The notes under the pieces are model-generated. The model saw nothing but the letters and a program-made list of their open reading frames with translations. It ran no database searches and was not told the DNA's origin. From assembly GCA_965248805.1 (NCBI GenBank), contig CBDFKJ010000009.1:1734297-1798296 (forward strand): 64,000 bases of DNA, written 5' to 3'. The DNA comes from Alphaproteobacteria bacterium. Its GTDB lineage: Bacteria > Pseudomonadota > Alphaproteobacteria > UBA6615. Within the stretch, counting starts at the first letter, position 1. Every line of letters begins with the position of its first letter. Of the stretch, positions 50,387 to 61,328 are shown piece by piece. The position numbers and the translations under genes were made by a program.

Positions 50387-51848
50387 CGTAGCAGCCCGGT
50401 GATGAAGTCGCGCTTTGATCAATCGGTTTCGGGGGCGACGATGATGATGATAACGAGCATGGCTGGTTTGCCTTCGATGTTCGCCACGATGGCGATCGCC
50501 AGGGCAGCATCGAACTGAATAACGAACAAAAGGGTGCTCTTTGCACTCGCAGCCTCCCTCGGCGTGCCTGATCCGAACAGCGCGCGCATCAGAATGCCGA
50601 GATTGAACCCGGCGACATGGATCAGGTATCGTTTGTGGACGTTCTCGCGCGCCCGCAGCAACGCGCGGCGCATGCCGCCACGGTCGAGGACATGGGCGAA
50701 GCTGCGCTCGACCATCTCACCGCGCCTGCGCATGGCGTTCCGCGCGACGCCGGACTTCAATCGCGCCCGGTTGGCGTAGACAGCCTGACGTGCCGCCTGG
50801 TCGCCATGCCAGCGCAGATAGCCGTTGGCGGGCTCCGGCTCGGAGATCCGCGTTTTCCAGACGCCGCCGTCGAGGTCTTTCAGCCCCTCGCGTGAATGAT
50901 AGCCCTTGTCGCCAACGAGACTGCAGGGCTCTGCCCGTGTTGGAGCCAGACCGACCTCGGCGAGGTTGCGCGCGGCCGCCTCCAGCGTCCCAGGCAAAGT
51001 CGTCGTGTCGCCTTCATCGGCTGGATAGATCGGCGCCGCAACGATGACGCCGGTGTCGAGATCGACCGCGTGCTCGGGCTTGCAGGCCAGATGCGTGGTG
51101 CCGTCCTTCATCCGCGCGATCTTCGCATCAGGATCGGTCGGGCTCGTCCAATCCTTGTTCGAAAGCTTCTTGCCCTTCCGCCGGCGATCGAGCCGGACGA
51201 GGTCGTCGATCGTCGGCGTTTCGACGCCACTCTCCTTCGCCATTTGCGTCAGCATCTCGCGATAGGTCTCGCCGCTATCGCGCCGCACGATGGCTCGCAG
51301 GGCGGCGTTGGCTTCCATCGTCGAGCCGTCGACGCCGATCCGCTCGCCCTTCACCAGACCGCGCGCGGCGACGAGAGCCAGAACCCAGTCGAAAACCTTT
51401 TCATGGACCTCGTGCGGCAGCCGGCCGCGCGTCTTCGACAACCAGGAATGATCGGGAACCTTGTCCCGGTTCGCCAACCGCAGAAACGCGCGAAGCGACA
51501 GCGAATCCGAACAGCGCCAAGCGATGCCGCGCTCGCTGCCGATGCCCTCGAAATAGCCGATCATGTGCATCCGGAAATAACGCCCCGGCGGCAGCGAAGG
51601 AGCCCCCATCCGAGGTGCGTAGTATGGCTTGCACGTCGCCTCCACGAAGCCGTCAAAGCCAGACTCGGTCAGCAACTCATGCAGCCGGTCGGAAAACGCG
51701 TGTCCAGGCGAACGCGGCATCTCCGCCCATGTCACCACGAGGTCACCCTGAACCTCGCTCTGTCGTCTCAATGCCATCGCACGACGCCCGTCTAAATCTC
51801 TATGTTCAGACAGAATCAGACACGCCGGACTTCGTCAACGGGCTGGTA
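50387..51848 (-). mobile_element. IS1182-like element copy B (intact), direct repeat of copy A, about 190 bp upstream of the GT4 start
   Basis: Transposase 50419..51777 (452 aa). Both termini present. Confidence 0.8.
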
Positions 51849-51871
51849 GGATGCTTCCACTCGCCGGAATA

Positions 51872-52912
51872 TAGCTCGGCGTAGGTTGGAGCCTCGGCCT
51901 CTCCTGCGATTCCGAGCAATGAGCGGAAGGCGTTGAACGGGTAAAACCGCCTGTTGAAGCGGAACGTGAACTCATTGAGGTAGGCTTGTAGATGCTTTGC
52001 GCTCACGCCATGGTGGATGCCACTGAGCCAATTCTTCAGGTTGCTGAAGACGAGGTGGATGATCGGCATGAACTCTTCGGCCACCTCGGGGTCGCCGCAT
52101 TCGGCAGTGGCGTGGTGATCATAGCCGCGTGTCCGCAAGCTGCCATAGCCACTCCAATCGTCGGTGACGATCAGCGACCCCGGCATAACGGCGTTCTCGA
52201 CGAAGCCACATAGCGAATCGGCGCTGCGGTCGGCAGCGACGGACAGCCGCACACGCCCGGCGTAGCGGCCATCCTTCCGCTTGTCCTGCGCGGTGCCGGG
52301 CTCCCTGTGGCTGACTTCGACGGCAGCAGCCACCAGCGTCTTGTGGTGAACGCCTCGGCCTTCACCACGCATCCGGCCTCCAACATAGGTTTCGTCCACC
52401 TCGACATGCTCTCCTGCCCTGGCACCGATCCGATCCTGATCGGGCCGCACCATACCCGCGCGGAGCTTATGCAGGATGCCGAAGGCGGTTTCGTACCGCG
52501 TCAGCCCAAGCTGCCGCTGAAACTGCACCGCCGACATGCCCGGCGTCTGGCTGGCGACCAGATAGGCGGCCCAAAACCACGTGCTCAAAGGCGTGTGGCT
52601 GCGCTCCATGACCGTGCCGACGGTCAATCCCGTCTGGCGGCGGCAAGCGCGACAGGTCAGGACGCCAGGCCGCGTGGCGATGCGGAAAGGTTCACCCACG
52701 ACGCCGCAGCGCGGGCAGGCGAACCCGTCACCCCAGCGAGCCCTTTCCAGGTAGGCGGCGCACGCCGCATCGTCGGAGAAAAGTCGCTGAAACTCGGGGA
52801 GGGATTGCGGGAAGGGCAGGTCGGTGCGGTCGAGAACGTCCATGACCCACTATCCGTTGTACGCACACAACCTATCCCTAGTGGGTGTATGCGTCAAGCG
52901 GATAGGGACGGT
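51872..52912 (-). mobile_element. IS1595-family IS, type 1, copy 2 (1041 bp), 23 bp from the end of IS1182-like copy B
   Basis: Transposase 51806..52843 is identical to copy 1 except for 1 residue, then reads into flank DNA. Confidence 0.8.
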
Positions 52913-53063
52913 TAATTCAACTAATTTATTGCGAATTTTGCGCTAGTTTGAAGCGTCGAGCAAAACTTGGGTAGTGAATCAGCGCTCGAATTATCCACAG
53001 GGCGCCATTTTTATATGTGGTGCGGAAGTCATCGTCGACGGCAATGCTTCCGGTACCGATTTG

Positions 53064-54890
53064 CTAGTCTCGGCGCGTCACCGGAGGAGGCGCCAGCCGG
53101 ATGTGGAGTTCACGCAGTCGTTCGGCGTCGATGGGGCTGGGCGCCTGCATCATCAGGTCTTCGGCGCGTTGGTTCATCGGAAAAGCAATCACTTCGCGAA
53201 TATTTGGTTCGTCTGCGAGCAGCATCACGATGCGGTCGATCCCCGGCGCCGAACCGCCATGTGGCGGCGCGCCGAACCTCAACGCGTTCAGCATGCCCGA
53301 GAACCGTGACTCCAACTCGTCCCGGCCGTAGCCCGCGATCTCGAACGCCTTGTACATGATGTCCGGGCGATGGTTGCGGATGGCGCCCGAGCTGAGCTCA
53401 ACGCCGTTGCACACGATGTCGTACTGCAACGCCTTGATCGCCAATGGATCCAGCGTCTCCAGGGCTTCCAGGCCGCCCTGGGGCATCGAGAACGGATTGT
53501 GGGAGAACTCGATTTTGCCGGTTTGCTCGTCGCGCTCATACATCGGGTAGTCGGTTATCCAGCAAAACAGGAACTGGTCGGCATCGATCAGGCTCAATTC
53601 ATGCGCCAGCTGGGTGCGGGCCAGGCCGGCGAACCGCGCCGCCGCCGGCGGCGCATCGCAGGCGAAGAATACGGCGTCGCCATCGCCCGCAGCGGTCAGT
53701 CCGCGAAGAGCGTCAATCCGATCTTCGGACAGGAACTTGGCGAGCGGCCCCTTCGCGGCGCCATCGAACACGACATAGCCAAGACCACCGGCGCCCTGTT
53801 CACGGGCCCAATCGTTCAGGCGGTCAAACCAGCTGCGCGGCCGCGCCGCCGCACCCGGCGCCGGGATGGCGCGCACGACACTGCCCTTGGCAACGGCGTT
53901 TGCGAACATCCTGAAGTCGCTGCCGAGGAAGACCTCGGTCGCGTCCGATATCTCTATGGGAATTCTCAAGTCCGGCTTGTCGGAGCCATAACGAAGCATC
54001 GCGTCATCATAGGCGATACGGCGAAAGGGCAACGGGCTCACCGGACGGGGCGTGTCGCGATCCCATGCGGCGAATTCTTCGAACACGCCCGCCAGCACCG
54101 GCTCGATGGCAGCTAAAACATCCTCTTGCGTTACGAAGCTCATCTCGAAGTCGAGCTGGTAGAACTCGCCGGGCGAGCGGTCCGCACGGCTGTCCTCATC
54201 GCGAAAACAAGGCGCGATCTGAAAGTAGCGGTCGAAGCCGGCGATCATCAGCAACTGCTTGAACTGCTGCGGCGCTTGCGGCAGGGCGTAGAATTTTCCG
54301 GCGTGCAGGCGCGAGGGTACCAGGAAATCGCGCGCGCCTTCTGGGCTCGACGCGGTCAGGATCGGGGTCTGAAACTCCATGAAGCCGGCCTCGGTCATGC
54401 GCCGGCGGATCGACGAGATCACGCTGTTTCGCAGCTCGATATTGCGGTGCATCTTGTGCCGGCGCAGATCGAGATAGCGGTGGCGCAGCCGAATGTCCTC
54501 GCCATAGTCCTCGTCGCTGTTGACCTGAAGCGGCAGCAGTTCGGCCGCAGCATCGACGACGAATTCGTCCATGTGCACTTCCACGCTGCCGGTCGGCAGG
54601 CTCGGGTTCACCGTATCCTCGGTGCGTGCCACCACGGGTCCGGTCACCGTCACGACCGATTCAACCCGCGCGGACTCGGCTGCCTGGAACAATGGGCTGG
54701 AGACATCGACAACGCATTGCGTGATGCCGAAGTGGTCGCGCAAATCGATGAACAGCAGGTGGCCGTGATCGCGCCGTCGGTGCACCCATCCGGACAAGCG
54801 CACGCGCTCGCCGGTATGCGTCGGCCGCAACTCGGCGCAATTATGCGTTCGGTATGGATGCATGAGGCTAATCGGGGTCCAGGCTGACAC
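53064..54890 (-). CDS. aspS: aspartate--tRNA ligase
   Basis: 608 aa; N-terminal OB fold ([23 protein letters not shown]), class II motifs 1-3, GAD insertion domain. Confidence 0.9.
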   Translation of the reverse strand: MSAWTPISLMHPYRTHNCAELRPTHTGERVRLSGWVHRRRDHGHLLFIDLRDHFGITQCVVDVSSPLFQAAESARVESVVTVTGPVVARTEDTVNPSLPTGSVEVHMDEFVVDAAAELLPLQVNSDEDYGEDIRLRHRYLDLRRHKMHRNIELRNSVISSIRRRMTEAGFMEFQTPILTASSPEGARDFLVPSRLHAGKFYALPQAPQQFKQLLMIAGFDRYFQIAPCFRDEDSRADRSPGEFYQLDFEMSFVTQEDVLAAIEPVLAGVFEEFAAWDRDTPRPVSPLPFRRIAYDDAMLRYGSDKPDLRIPIEISDATEVFLGSDFRMFANAVAKGSVVRAIPAPGAAARPRSWFDRLNDWAREQGAGGLGYVVFDGAAKGPLAKFLSEDRIDALRGLTAAGDGDAVFFACDAPPAAARFAGLARTQLAHELSLIDADQFLFCWITDYPMYERDEQTGKIEFSHNPFSMPQGGLEALETLDPLAIKALQYDIVCNGVELSSGAIRNHRPDIMYKAFEIAGYGRDELESRFSGMLNALRFGAPPHGGSAPGIDRIVMLLADEPNIREVIAFPMNQRAEDLMMQAPSPIDAERLRELHIRLAPPPVTRRD

Positions 54891-55000
54891 GGAGGGTCAG
54901 CGGCGTTTGCACATGGGGCGCTCTACTTGTCAAGAATTCCGACCCATGCGCTCTGGGCCTTGCCTTTGTCGAGGCCACCAAACCCTGTATAGCTGAGCGG

Positions 55001-56224
55001 ATGACGCTGATCTCCGATACCGCAGGGCTACAGGCCTTCTGCGCCGATCTGCGCGAAACCGAATTCGTCGCCGTCGACACGGAATTCATCCGCGAACGGA
55101 CATATTGGCCCAAGTTGTGCCTGGTGCAGATTGCCGGCCCGACGGACGCGGTGGCGATCGATCCACTGGCCGACGGCATCGATTTGCAGCCGCTTTTCGA
55201 GCTTCTCAACGACGCACCGGTGCTGAAGGTCTTTCACAGCGCACGTCAGGACATCGAGATATTCCATCACATGAGCGACCGCGTGCCGACGCCACTGTTT
55301 GACACTCAGTTGGCCGCGATGGTCTGCGGCTTCGGCGATCAAGTGGGACTGGAAACCTTGATCTCGAAGATGAGCGGCCACCAACTCGACAAGTCGTCGC
55401 GCTTCACCGACTGGGCGCGGCGCCCTTTGAGCCAGCGGCAGCTAGACTATGCGATTGCGGACGTCGCCCTATTGCGTGAACCGTTCGAGCGGCTGCGCGA
55501 CCAGCTAAAACAGAACGGCCGTGAGCGCTGGCTTCAGGAAGATGTCGCTGGGCTGACGAACCCCGCGACCTATCGTCCCGAGCCGCTGCAAGCCTGGCAG
55601 CGTTTGAAGCCGCGTTCGACCGACGCCCGGTTCCTGGCGATTCTGCAGGCGGTGGCGGCGTGGCGCGAACGCGAAGCGATCGCCCGCGACGTGCCACGCA
55701 ATCGCGTGCTGCGCGACGACGCCTTGCTGGAGCTGGCGGCACATCCACCCGAGACGGCCGCGGATTTGTCGCGCCGGCGCGCCATCTCCAACGGCTTCTC
55801 CAATAGCGCCGCCGCAGAGGAGTTGCTTGCCGCCGTCGCGCACGGATTTGGGCTGCCGCGTGATCAGGCCCCTTCCCGGACGCGGCCGGCGTCGCAACGC
55901 AATTCCGCGGGTTCCCTATCCGACTTGCTCAAGGTCCTGCTGAAGTTCAAATGCACCCAACACCACGTGGCGCAGCGGCTGGTCGCCAGCGCCGGCGACG
56001 TCGAGCGGATTGCCGCCGAGGACGACGCGCCCGTACCGGCGCTCAAAGGCTGGCGCCGCGAGGTGTTCGGCGAGGATGCACTGCGCCTCAAGCGCGGCGA
56101 GATCGCGCTTGCCATCGCCGACAAGAAGGTGGAGGTGCGCTCGATCGGGCAAGATGCGCCCGATCAACCGCTGCAGGAGCCGCAGCCGGGGCGTCTGGTG
56201 TCGCCGGCTGCCATGGACGACTGA
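55001..56224 (+). CDS. rnd: ribonuclease D
   Basis: DEDDy 3'-5' exonuclease domain (VAVDTEF...KVFHSARQDIE...YAIADV) followed by an HRDC region. Confidence 0.85.
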   Translation: MTLISDTAGLQAFCADLRETEFVAVDTEFIRERTYWPKLCLVQIAGPTDAVAIDPLADGIDLQPLFELLNDAPVLKVFHSARQDIEIFHHMSDRVPTPLFDTQLAAMVCGFGDQVGLETLISKMSGHQLDKSSRFTDWARRPLSQRQLDYAIADVALLREPFERLRDQLKQNGRERWLQEDVAGLTNPATYRPEPLQAWQRLKPRSTDARFLAILQAVAAWREREAIARDVPRNRVLRDDALLELAAHPPETAADLSRRRAISNGFSNSAAAEELLAAVAHGFGLPRDQAPSRTRPASQRNSAGSLSDLLKVLLKFKCTQHHVAQRLVASAGDVERIAAEDDAPVPALKGWRREVFGEDALRLKRGEIALAIADKKVEVRSIGQDAPDQPLQEPQPGRLVSPAAMDD

Positions 56225-56243
56225 GCGACCATAGTCTCTGCGG

Positions 56244-57704
56244 CTAGACCAACGTGACCGAGGCGTCCTTGCCCCATTGTGCGGCCAGCGCCGCAAGCCG
56301 GCGCCGAACGACTTCGCCGTCCAGCACGGACGCTGCGCCCGATAGTTCGAGCTCGATCGCCTTCTCACGCTCGCACAGCCGCGTTCCCGTCAACAGATCG
56401 AACCGACCGCCGCAATGCGTCATCGCCAGGCGCAAGGCTAGCCCCAATCGATTTGCCCACTGGCGGGTATCATCGTCGATCAGCGCACGCACCGCTTCAA
56501 GCCGTTCGGCCACCGCGCCGCCATAGCGGTGATACATCACCAGCGCGAGAGCCGAGCGCGCCCGGTGATCGATCCCCACAAGTTGCAGTCGCAGTACGCG
56601 ATGGAAGGCCTCGGTCGCGCGATCGTCGCGATGCTCGTGCCAGGCGATGTCCACCAGATCGCACGCCGCCCGCCGCAACCGTCGCCGGCCGGGACCGTCA
56701 TGGTCGAACAGCGGCGCGAGCCAGCTATCGAGCCGCGCGCGGTCGGTATCGAACCTGCTTTCGCGGCGGGCGAAATCGGCGCTGCCAGCGAGCAGCGGAT
56801 CGATAGCGCGGGCCTCAGGGCGGAGTCGGTCATAGTGAAAACCCTCGCGCAGTCCGAAGGCGGAGAACACGACACGCTCGACCCCGGTGTGCCGCAGCAG
56901 CCGTTCCAGCACCCGCGCGGCGGCCGGCAGGCTTGCCGCCCGCCGCGCCGACACCATGCCGGCGAGGGCAGTGTTCTGGGCGTGCAGCGTCTCCAACGCC
57001 TGGCAGAACTCGGCTAAAATGGACGCGCTCAATTCATAGTGCTGGATCGTGTGGAGCGGGTGGTTGGATTGGGTGATGTGGGCGCGGGCGATAGCCCGCC
57101 AGGCGCCGCCCACCGTATAGAATGTGCAACCGCCCATCCCCGACAGCCAGTCCAGCTGTTCCAACCGCTCGTCGGCGTAGTCGGACCACGACGAGGGCTC
57201 GATCGCCGCGAAACGCAGAACCCCGAGAGGCAAGGTCGCCGTCTTGCCCAGTACCTGACCGCTGATCTGCGCCACTTCCAAGCTGCCTCCGCCCAAGTCG
57301 CCCATCAGCCCCATAGCGTCCGGAATGCCGGCGATCACACCATAAGCCGACAGCCGGGCCTCGTCTTCGGCGGTGAGTTGGCGCACGTTGAGCGACAGCC
57401 CTTGTGTGATTTTGTCGAGAAATTCAGGTCCGTCGGCTGCGTCACGCGTCGCGGCCGTGGCCAGCGTGATCAGGTCATCGACGCCCATCTTGCGCGCGAT
57501 CGTCGCAAACCGAGGCAGGCAGGCCAACGCCCGCGCCGCACCGTCTTCGTTCAGCCTGCCGGTGAGCGCGATTCCGCGCCCCAATTCGCATTGGACGCGC
57601 TCGTTGAACACCTCTTGCGGCGCCCGTCCGTCGTGGTCGAACACGACCAGGCGAACCGAGTTCGATCCCAGGTCTATTACGCCGGCGCGGCGCTCACCGG
57701 CCAT
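56244..57704 (-). CDS. ppx: Ppx/GppA-family exopolyphosphatase / guanosine pentaphosphate phosphohydrolase
   Basis: Actin-like ATPase fold signature VIDLGSNSVRLVVF...GGGS.E. Confidence 0.85.
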   Translation of the reverse strand: MAGERRAGVIDLGSNSVRLVVFDHDGRAPQEVFNERVQCELGRGIALTGRLNEDGAARALACLPRFATIARKMGVDDLITLATAATRDAADGPEFLDKITQGLSLNVRQLTAEDEARLSAYGVIAGIPDAMGLMGDLGGGSLEVAQISGQVLGKTATLPLGVLRFAAIEPSSWSDYADERLEQLDWLSGMGGCTFYTVGGAWRAIARAHITQSNHPLHTIQHYELSASILAEFCQALETLHAQNTALAGMVSARRAASLPAAARVLERLLRHTGVERVVFSAFGLREGFHYDRLRPEARAIDPLLAGSADFARRESRFDTDRARLDSWLAPLFDHDGPGRRRLRRAACDLVDIAWHEHRDDRATEAFHRVLRLQLVGIDHRARSALALVMYHRYGGAVAERLEAVRALIDDDTRQWANRLGLALRLAMTHCGGRFDLLTGTRLCEREKAIELELSGAASVLDGEVVRRRLAALAAQWGKDASVTLV

Positions 57705-58421
57705 CTACCTGCGGTCTCGCTCGGCCAAACTATCCAAAACCCGGCGCAACAGAGGGATAGTGACGGCACGATGCTGTGCCAAGGCGGCGTGGTCGATCGC
57801 ATGGACCAGATGTCTCACCGCGGCGAAGGAGCGCTCAATGCGCGGCAGCAGATAGGCAATTTCGCCTTGGCCGATGCGAATCCGCCGGTCTGCACCATGT
57901 TTCACGAGCAGCGCCGCCAACAACTCATCGTCCGGCGCATCGATGGCGATGGCCGGCAGCGCGTTCAGCCGCGAGCGCAGGTCGGCGAGCCCGATCGACC
58001 ATTGCGCAGGCGGTCGCCGGTCGGCGATCAGCAGGTTCCCCTGACGGTCGACGATGTCGTTGAAGACGTGAAGCAACGGAGCCGCGAGCGACGGATCGCC
58101 CGCTGACGCGCCGATACCGTCGAACGCGACGGCGCGCCACGGTTCCTGCCGGCAGCGCTGATCAAGCTTCGGCAGGTCTTCAGCGGTGATCAAGACCGCA
58201 CTCGCCCGTCGTCGCCATATCTCCAGCAAGTGCGACTTGCCGCAGCCGGGCGGTCCCCATAACGCCAATCCGGCGGAATCCCAGCTCGGCCACCTCTCCA
58301 CCCAGGCGTGGGCAGTGCGATTGCACGGCGTTACCAGATAGTCCTCGGGGGTGTAAGCCGGCTGCCAACTCAGATCGAGTGGCAACTGCTCGCCGTTACG
58401 CGTGTCGGCCATAGCCGTCAT
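57705..58421 (-). CDS. hda: DnaA regulatory inactivator Hda (DnaA paralogue)
   Basis: 238 aa. Walker A GPPGCGKSHLL, DnaA-type box VII R finger region. Conserved position between ppx and the AI-2E gene. Confidence 0.75.
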   Translation of the reverse strand: MTAMADTRNGEQLPLDLSWQPAYTPEDYLVTPCNRTAHAWVERWPSWDSAGLALWGPPGCGKSHLLEIWRRRASAVLITAEDLPKLDQRCRQEPWRAVAFDGIGASAGDPSLAAPLLHVFNDIVDRQGNLLIADRRPPAQWSIGLADLRSRLNALPAIAIDAPDDELLAALLVKHGADRRIRIGQGEIAYLLPRIERSFAAVRHLVHAIDHAALAQHRAVTIPLLRRVLDSLAERDRR

Positions 58422-59500
58422 GTGCCGTTGGTGACACCTTCGCCGCCCGATCCAAGATACAAGCGGCTTTGCCGATAGCGCGCAAGCGCGTGACGCACGA
58501 GGACGCCGATCACGGCCGCAGCCGGTACCGCGAGCAGCACACCGGCGAAACTGAACAGGACGCCGCCGGCCAGCACAGAGAAGATGACCCAGACCGGATG
58601 CAGACCAATACGATCACCGACCAATTTTGGCGTCAGGAAATTGCCTTCCAGCACCTGCCCCACAATGAACACGGCTGCCACCAACCCGACCGCCAGCCAC
58701 TCGCCGGTAAATTGGAACAACGCCACCGATACCGCGACGATGAAGCCGGAAATCGCGCCCACGAACGGCACCAGTGACACGGCGCCCGCGCCGAGACCGA
58801 TGACCAGTCCGAATTCCAGCCCCAGCAGACTGAGCCCGACGGCGTAGAAGGTGCCGAGGATCGTCGCGACCATGAGTTGCCCGCGAACGAACCCCGCGAG
58901 CCGCTGATCGATTTCACCCAGGATCCGACGTATCCCGTCGGCGTGATCCCGCGGCAGCCAGCCGTCAATGCGCGCGGTGAGGTCGTCCCAATCCCGCAGC
59001 AGGTAGAAGGCGACGATTGGAGTGATGAACAGCAGCGACAGCAGATTGAGGAACGCCGCCCCGCCGCTCCACAGATCGCCCATGACGCCGAGTATCCAGT
59101 CCACCGCACGGCCGACATATTCCCCGGCAACGGCCCGTATCCGCTCAAGGTCGCCGGGGTCGATGCGCGACTTGATCAGCGCCCCTGCGCGTTCGAGCAA
59201 CGATCGTAGAGCCTCGGCATATTCGGGCACTCGACCGATGAAGCCGACGATCTGCGCCTGGGCGATCGGGAGAACGATCACCATGGCCGCGACTAGGATG
59301 AGCAAGAAACCAAATATGATCAGACTGGTAGCGACGGTGCGTGAAACCTTCCGGTGCAGCCTGTCGGCCAACGGATCGAGCAGGTAGGCGATACCGACGC
59401 CGGCCACGAACGGCAGCATGATGCCGCGCAGTAGGTACAACAGAGCCACCGAGGCGATCGCGACCGCCAGCCAGATTTGGACCTGCTGCCGAGCGCTCAT
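58418..59500 (-). CDS. AI-2E family transporter (PerM/YhhT-like permease)
   Basis: 360 aa, 8 predicted TM helices, family-typical length and hydropathy pattern. Confidence 0.75.
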   Translation of the reverse strand: MSARQQVQIWLAVAIASVALLYLLRGIMLPFVAGVGIAYLLDPLADRLHRKVSRTVATSLIIFGFLLILVAAMVIVLPIAQAQIVGFIGRVPEYAEALRSLLERAGALIKSRIDPGDLERIRAVAGEYVGRAVDWILGVMGDLWSGGAAFLNLLSLLFITPIVAFYLLRDWDDLTARIDGWLPRDHADGIRRILGEIDQRLAGFVRGQLMVATILGTFYAVGLSLLGLEFGLVIGLGAGAVSLVPFVGAISGFIVAVSVALFQFTGEWLAVGLVAAVFIVGQVLEGNFLTPKLVGDRIGLHPVWVIFSVLAGGVLFSFAGVLLAVPAAAVIGVLVRHALARYRQSRLYLGSGGEGVTNGT

Positions 59501-60066
59501 TCTACGTCGCTGCCCGGCACTTCATCGGGTGTGGCGTTCACTGCGCGAAGACCGACCGCGATGTAGGAGGCTCCCGACCAGATCGTCGCCGCCGCGGTCG
59601 CCCAGACGAGCCCTGTCACCAGCGGCGCCGGATCGAATTCGAGGCCGAGCCCAGCCAGCACCGTTGCCGCCAGGGCGATTTGCGTAGCGGTCGTGACTTT
59701 CCCGCTCCATTTCGGCACCACGCCCATCTGCCCGACTATGAGCCTTACCATCAGGTAGCCGCCGACGATGAGAAGGTCGCGAAACACGACAAGGATCACC
59801 AGCCATTGCGGCAGATAACCCTGCACACCAATGGTCACGAATACGCTGACCAGCAGCACCTTGTCGGCGATGGCGTCAAGGTACGCGCCCAGTTCGCTTT
59901 GCATATCGAAGCGCTTGGCCAGGAAGCCGTCGACGGCATCGGAAAGGCCGGCGGCCAAAAATAGCCAGAAGGCGTAGCCGTAGTTCCCGCTTGCGATTAG
60001 CCAAATACCGACCGGCGCGGACAGCAATCGCGCCAGCGTTATGAGATTTGGCAGGCTGCCATGCAC
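59497..60066 (-). CDS. pgsA: CDP-alcohol phosphatidyltransferase (phosphatidylglycerophosphate synthase-like)
   Basis: DAVDGFLAKRF...LGAYLDAIADKV fits the D-G-x2-A-R...G-x3-D-x3-D motif. 189 aa. Confidence 0.65.
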   Translation of the reverse strand: MHGSLPNLITLARLLSAPVGIWLIASGNYGYAFWLFLAAGLSDAVDGFLAKRFDMQSELGAYLDAIADKVLLVSVFVTIGVQGYLPQWLVILVVFRDLLIVGGYLMVRLIVGQMGVVPKWSGKVTTATQIALAATVLAGLGLEFDPAPLVTGLVWATAAATIWSGASYIAVGLRAVNATPDEVPGSDVE

Positions 60067-60077
60067 CCGATGACGCT

Positions 60078-61256
60078 CTAGCGCAAGCCGTCGTCGATAC
60101 TCCGGATGATGCGCGTACTGCTACCGGCGGGGCCGAACGCGAACGGATCGGCGCCGAACGGACGCTCCAGCACCAGGTTCGACTGCGCCAACGACTGTTG
60201 AAGCTGCTCCTCCGCGCCAATGTAGAACAGCTCCAGGTGAACCGAATCGCTGCGCAACTGGGAAATGCGCCACTCGGTCACCACCGCAATGCTATCGAGT
60301 ACCGACCGCACCGATACCCATTCAGCCACCGAGGCGACGGCGACCGTAACGTCCATGCGGTTTTTCTGATCGAAGCGCAGCAAATTCGCCCTGATCCAGT
60401 CATCCTCGATCGCGGCCGCCGTAGCTTCGGCGGCCCGCTCAAGGACGGTGTCAATCGGCTCGTTCCGCGTGCCGGTGATGCGAATTGTCAACGGATCGCG
60501 CGACGTCGCGCCAACGCGCACCGCGATGACATTCACAATTGGAGCCGCCTGTTGATCGCCCAGGCCGGCATCGGCGGTGACCACGATGCTGTCACCCGCG
60601 CCGTAGCGACGAGCGAGGTCGCCGAGCCGGAAGGGGTCGAGCTCAGCCGCCTGGGCGGCGCTGAGGGACGCTATGTCGGCCAGATCTCCGAATGGCACGG
60701 TCATGGCCACCAACCCCGCGCGCAGCGGCATTGACGCCCACGCATCGCGCCACGGATTGGTGTCCTCCCACAGCCGCAGCTCGTCGGTGCGTCGGAGCAG
60801 CGGGATCACGAGCACCGCCTTCGAGGCGGTTTCCGCATAGGGAATTTGTGCCCGCTGCAACATCAGACGCACTTCGCCGGGATTGAATCTGTACGTGAAA
60901 TCAGCGAGATAGCGCACCGAAGATATACGCTCATTATCGATCTCAAAATCCTGAACCAGATGTTCGCCGGCACTGGCAGCCAGATCGATCAGGCGCGGGT
61001 GGTCCGAGCGCAGCGTCATGCGTCGCAGCACCAGCTCCAGCGCCTTGGATCGGGCTTCGCGGATGGCGCGCTCACGTGCCCGCTCCGCGCTCTCCGCCGT
61101 CACGTCGACGGCAACCCGGCGGGCCGTGAACACCTCGGCCACCCCAGGCTCTTGCGCGGCCGCGGGCGACTGCGACAGCGCCACCATAGCGCCGATGAGT
61201 GCGACCGCCCACGCCGGTCCAGCGTGGGCGCGGTATCGAGCGTTCGTTTCGCGCAT
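60078..61256 (-). CDS. DUF2066-like conserved secreted protein (start taken at internal Met/signal peptide)
   Basis: Signal peptide [34 protein letters not shown]. Sits immediately upstream of purM, divergently, as in related alphaproteobacteria. Confidence 0.5.
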   Translation of the reverse strand: MRETNARYRAHAGPAWAVALIGAMVALSQSPAAAQEPGVAEVFTARRVAVDVTAESAERARERAIREARSKALELVLRRMTLRSDHPRLIDLAASAGEHLVQDFEIDNERISSVRYLADFTYRFNPGEVRLMLQRAQIPYAETASKAVLVIPLLRRTDELRLWEDTNPWRDAWASMPLRAGLVAMTVPFGDLADIASLSAAQAAELDPFRLGDLARRYGAGDSIVVTADAGLGDQQAAPIVNVIAVRVGATSRDPLTIRITGTRNEPIDTVLERAAEATAAAIEDDWIRANLLRFDQKNRMDVTVAVASVAEWVSVRSVLDSIAVVTEWRISQLRSDSVHLELFYIGAEEQLQQSLAQSNLVLERPFGADPFAFGPAGSSTRIIRSIDDGLR

Positions 61257-61328
61257 TACAAGCTGCCCCGGATTCGGTATCAATACCGTAGGCTGTCTGC
61301 AGGAGTTCGGCCAGCGTCGTCAAGCGAC

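Noticed and set aside
53370-54887. Two long plus-strand ORFs (53370..54116, 54126..54887) inside aspS
   Set aside because: Antisense of a highly conserved aspS. No motifs.
57039-58106. 355-aa plus-strand ORF across ppx/hda
   Set aside because: Antisense of two conserved genes.
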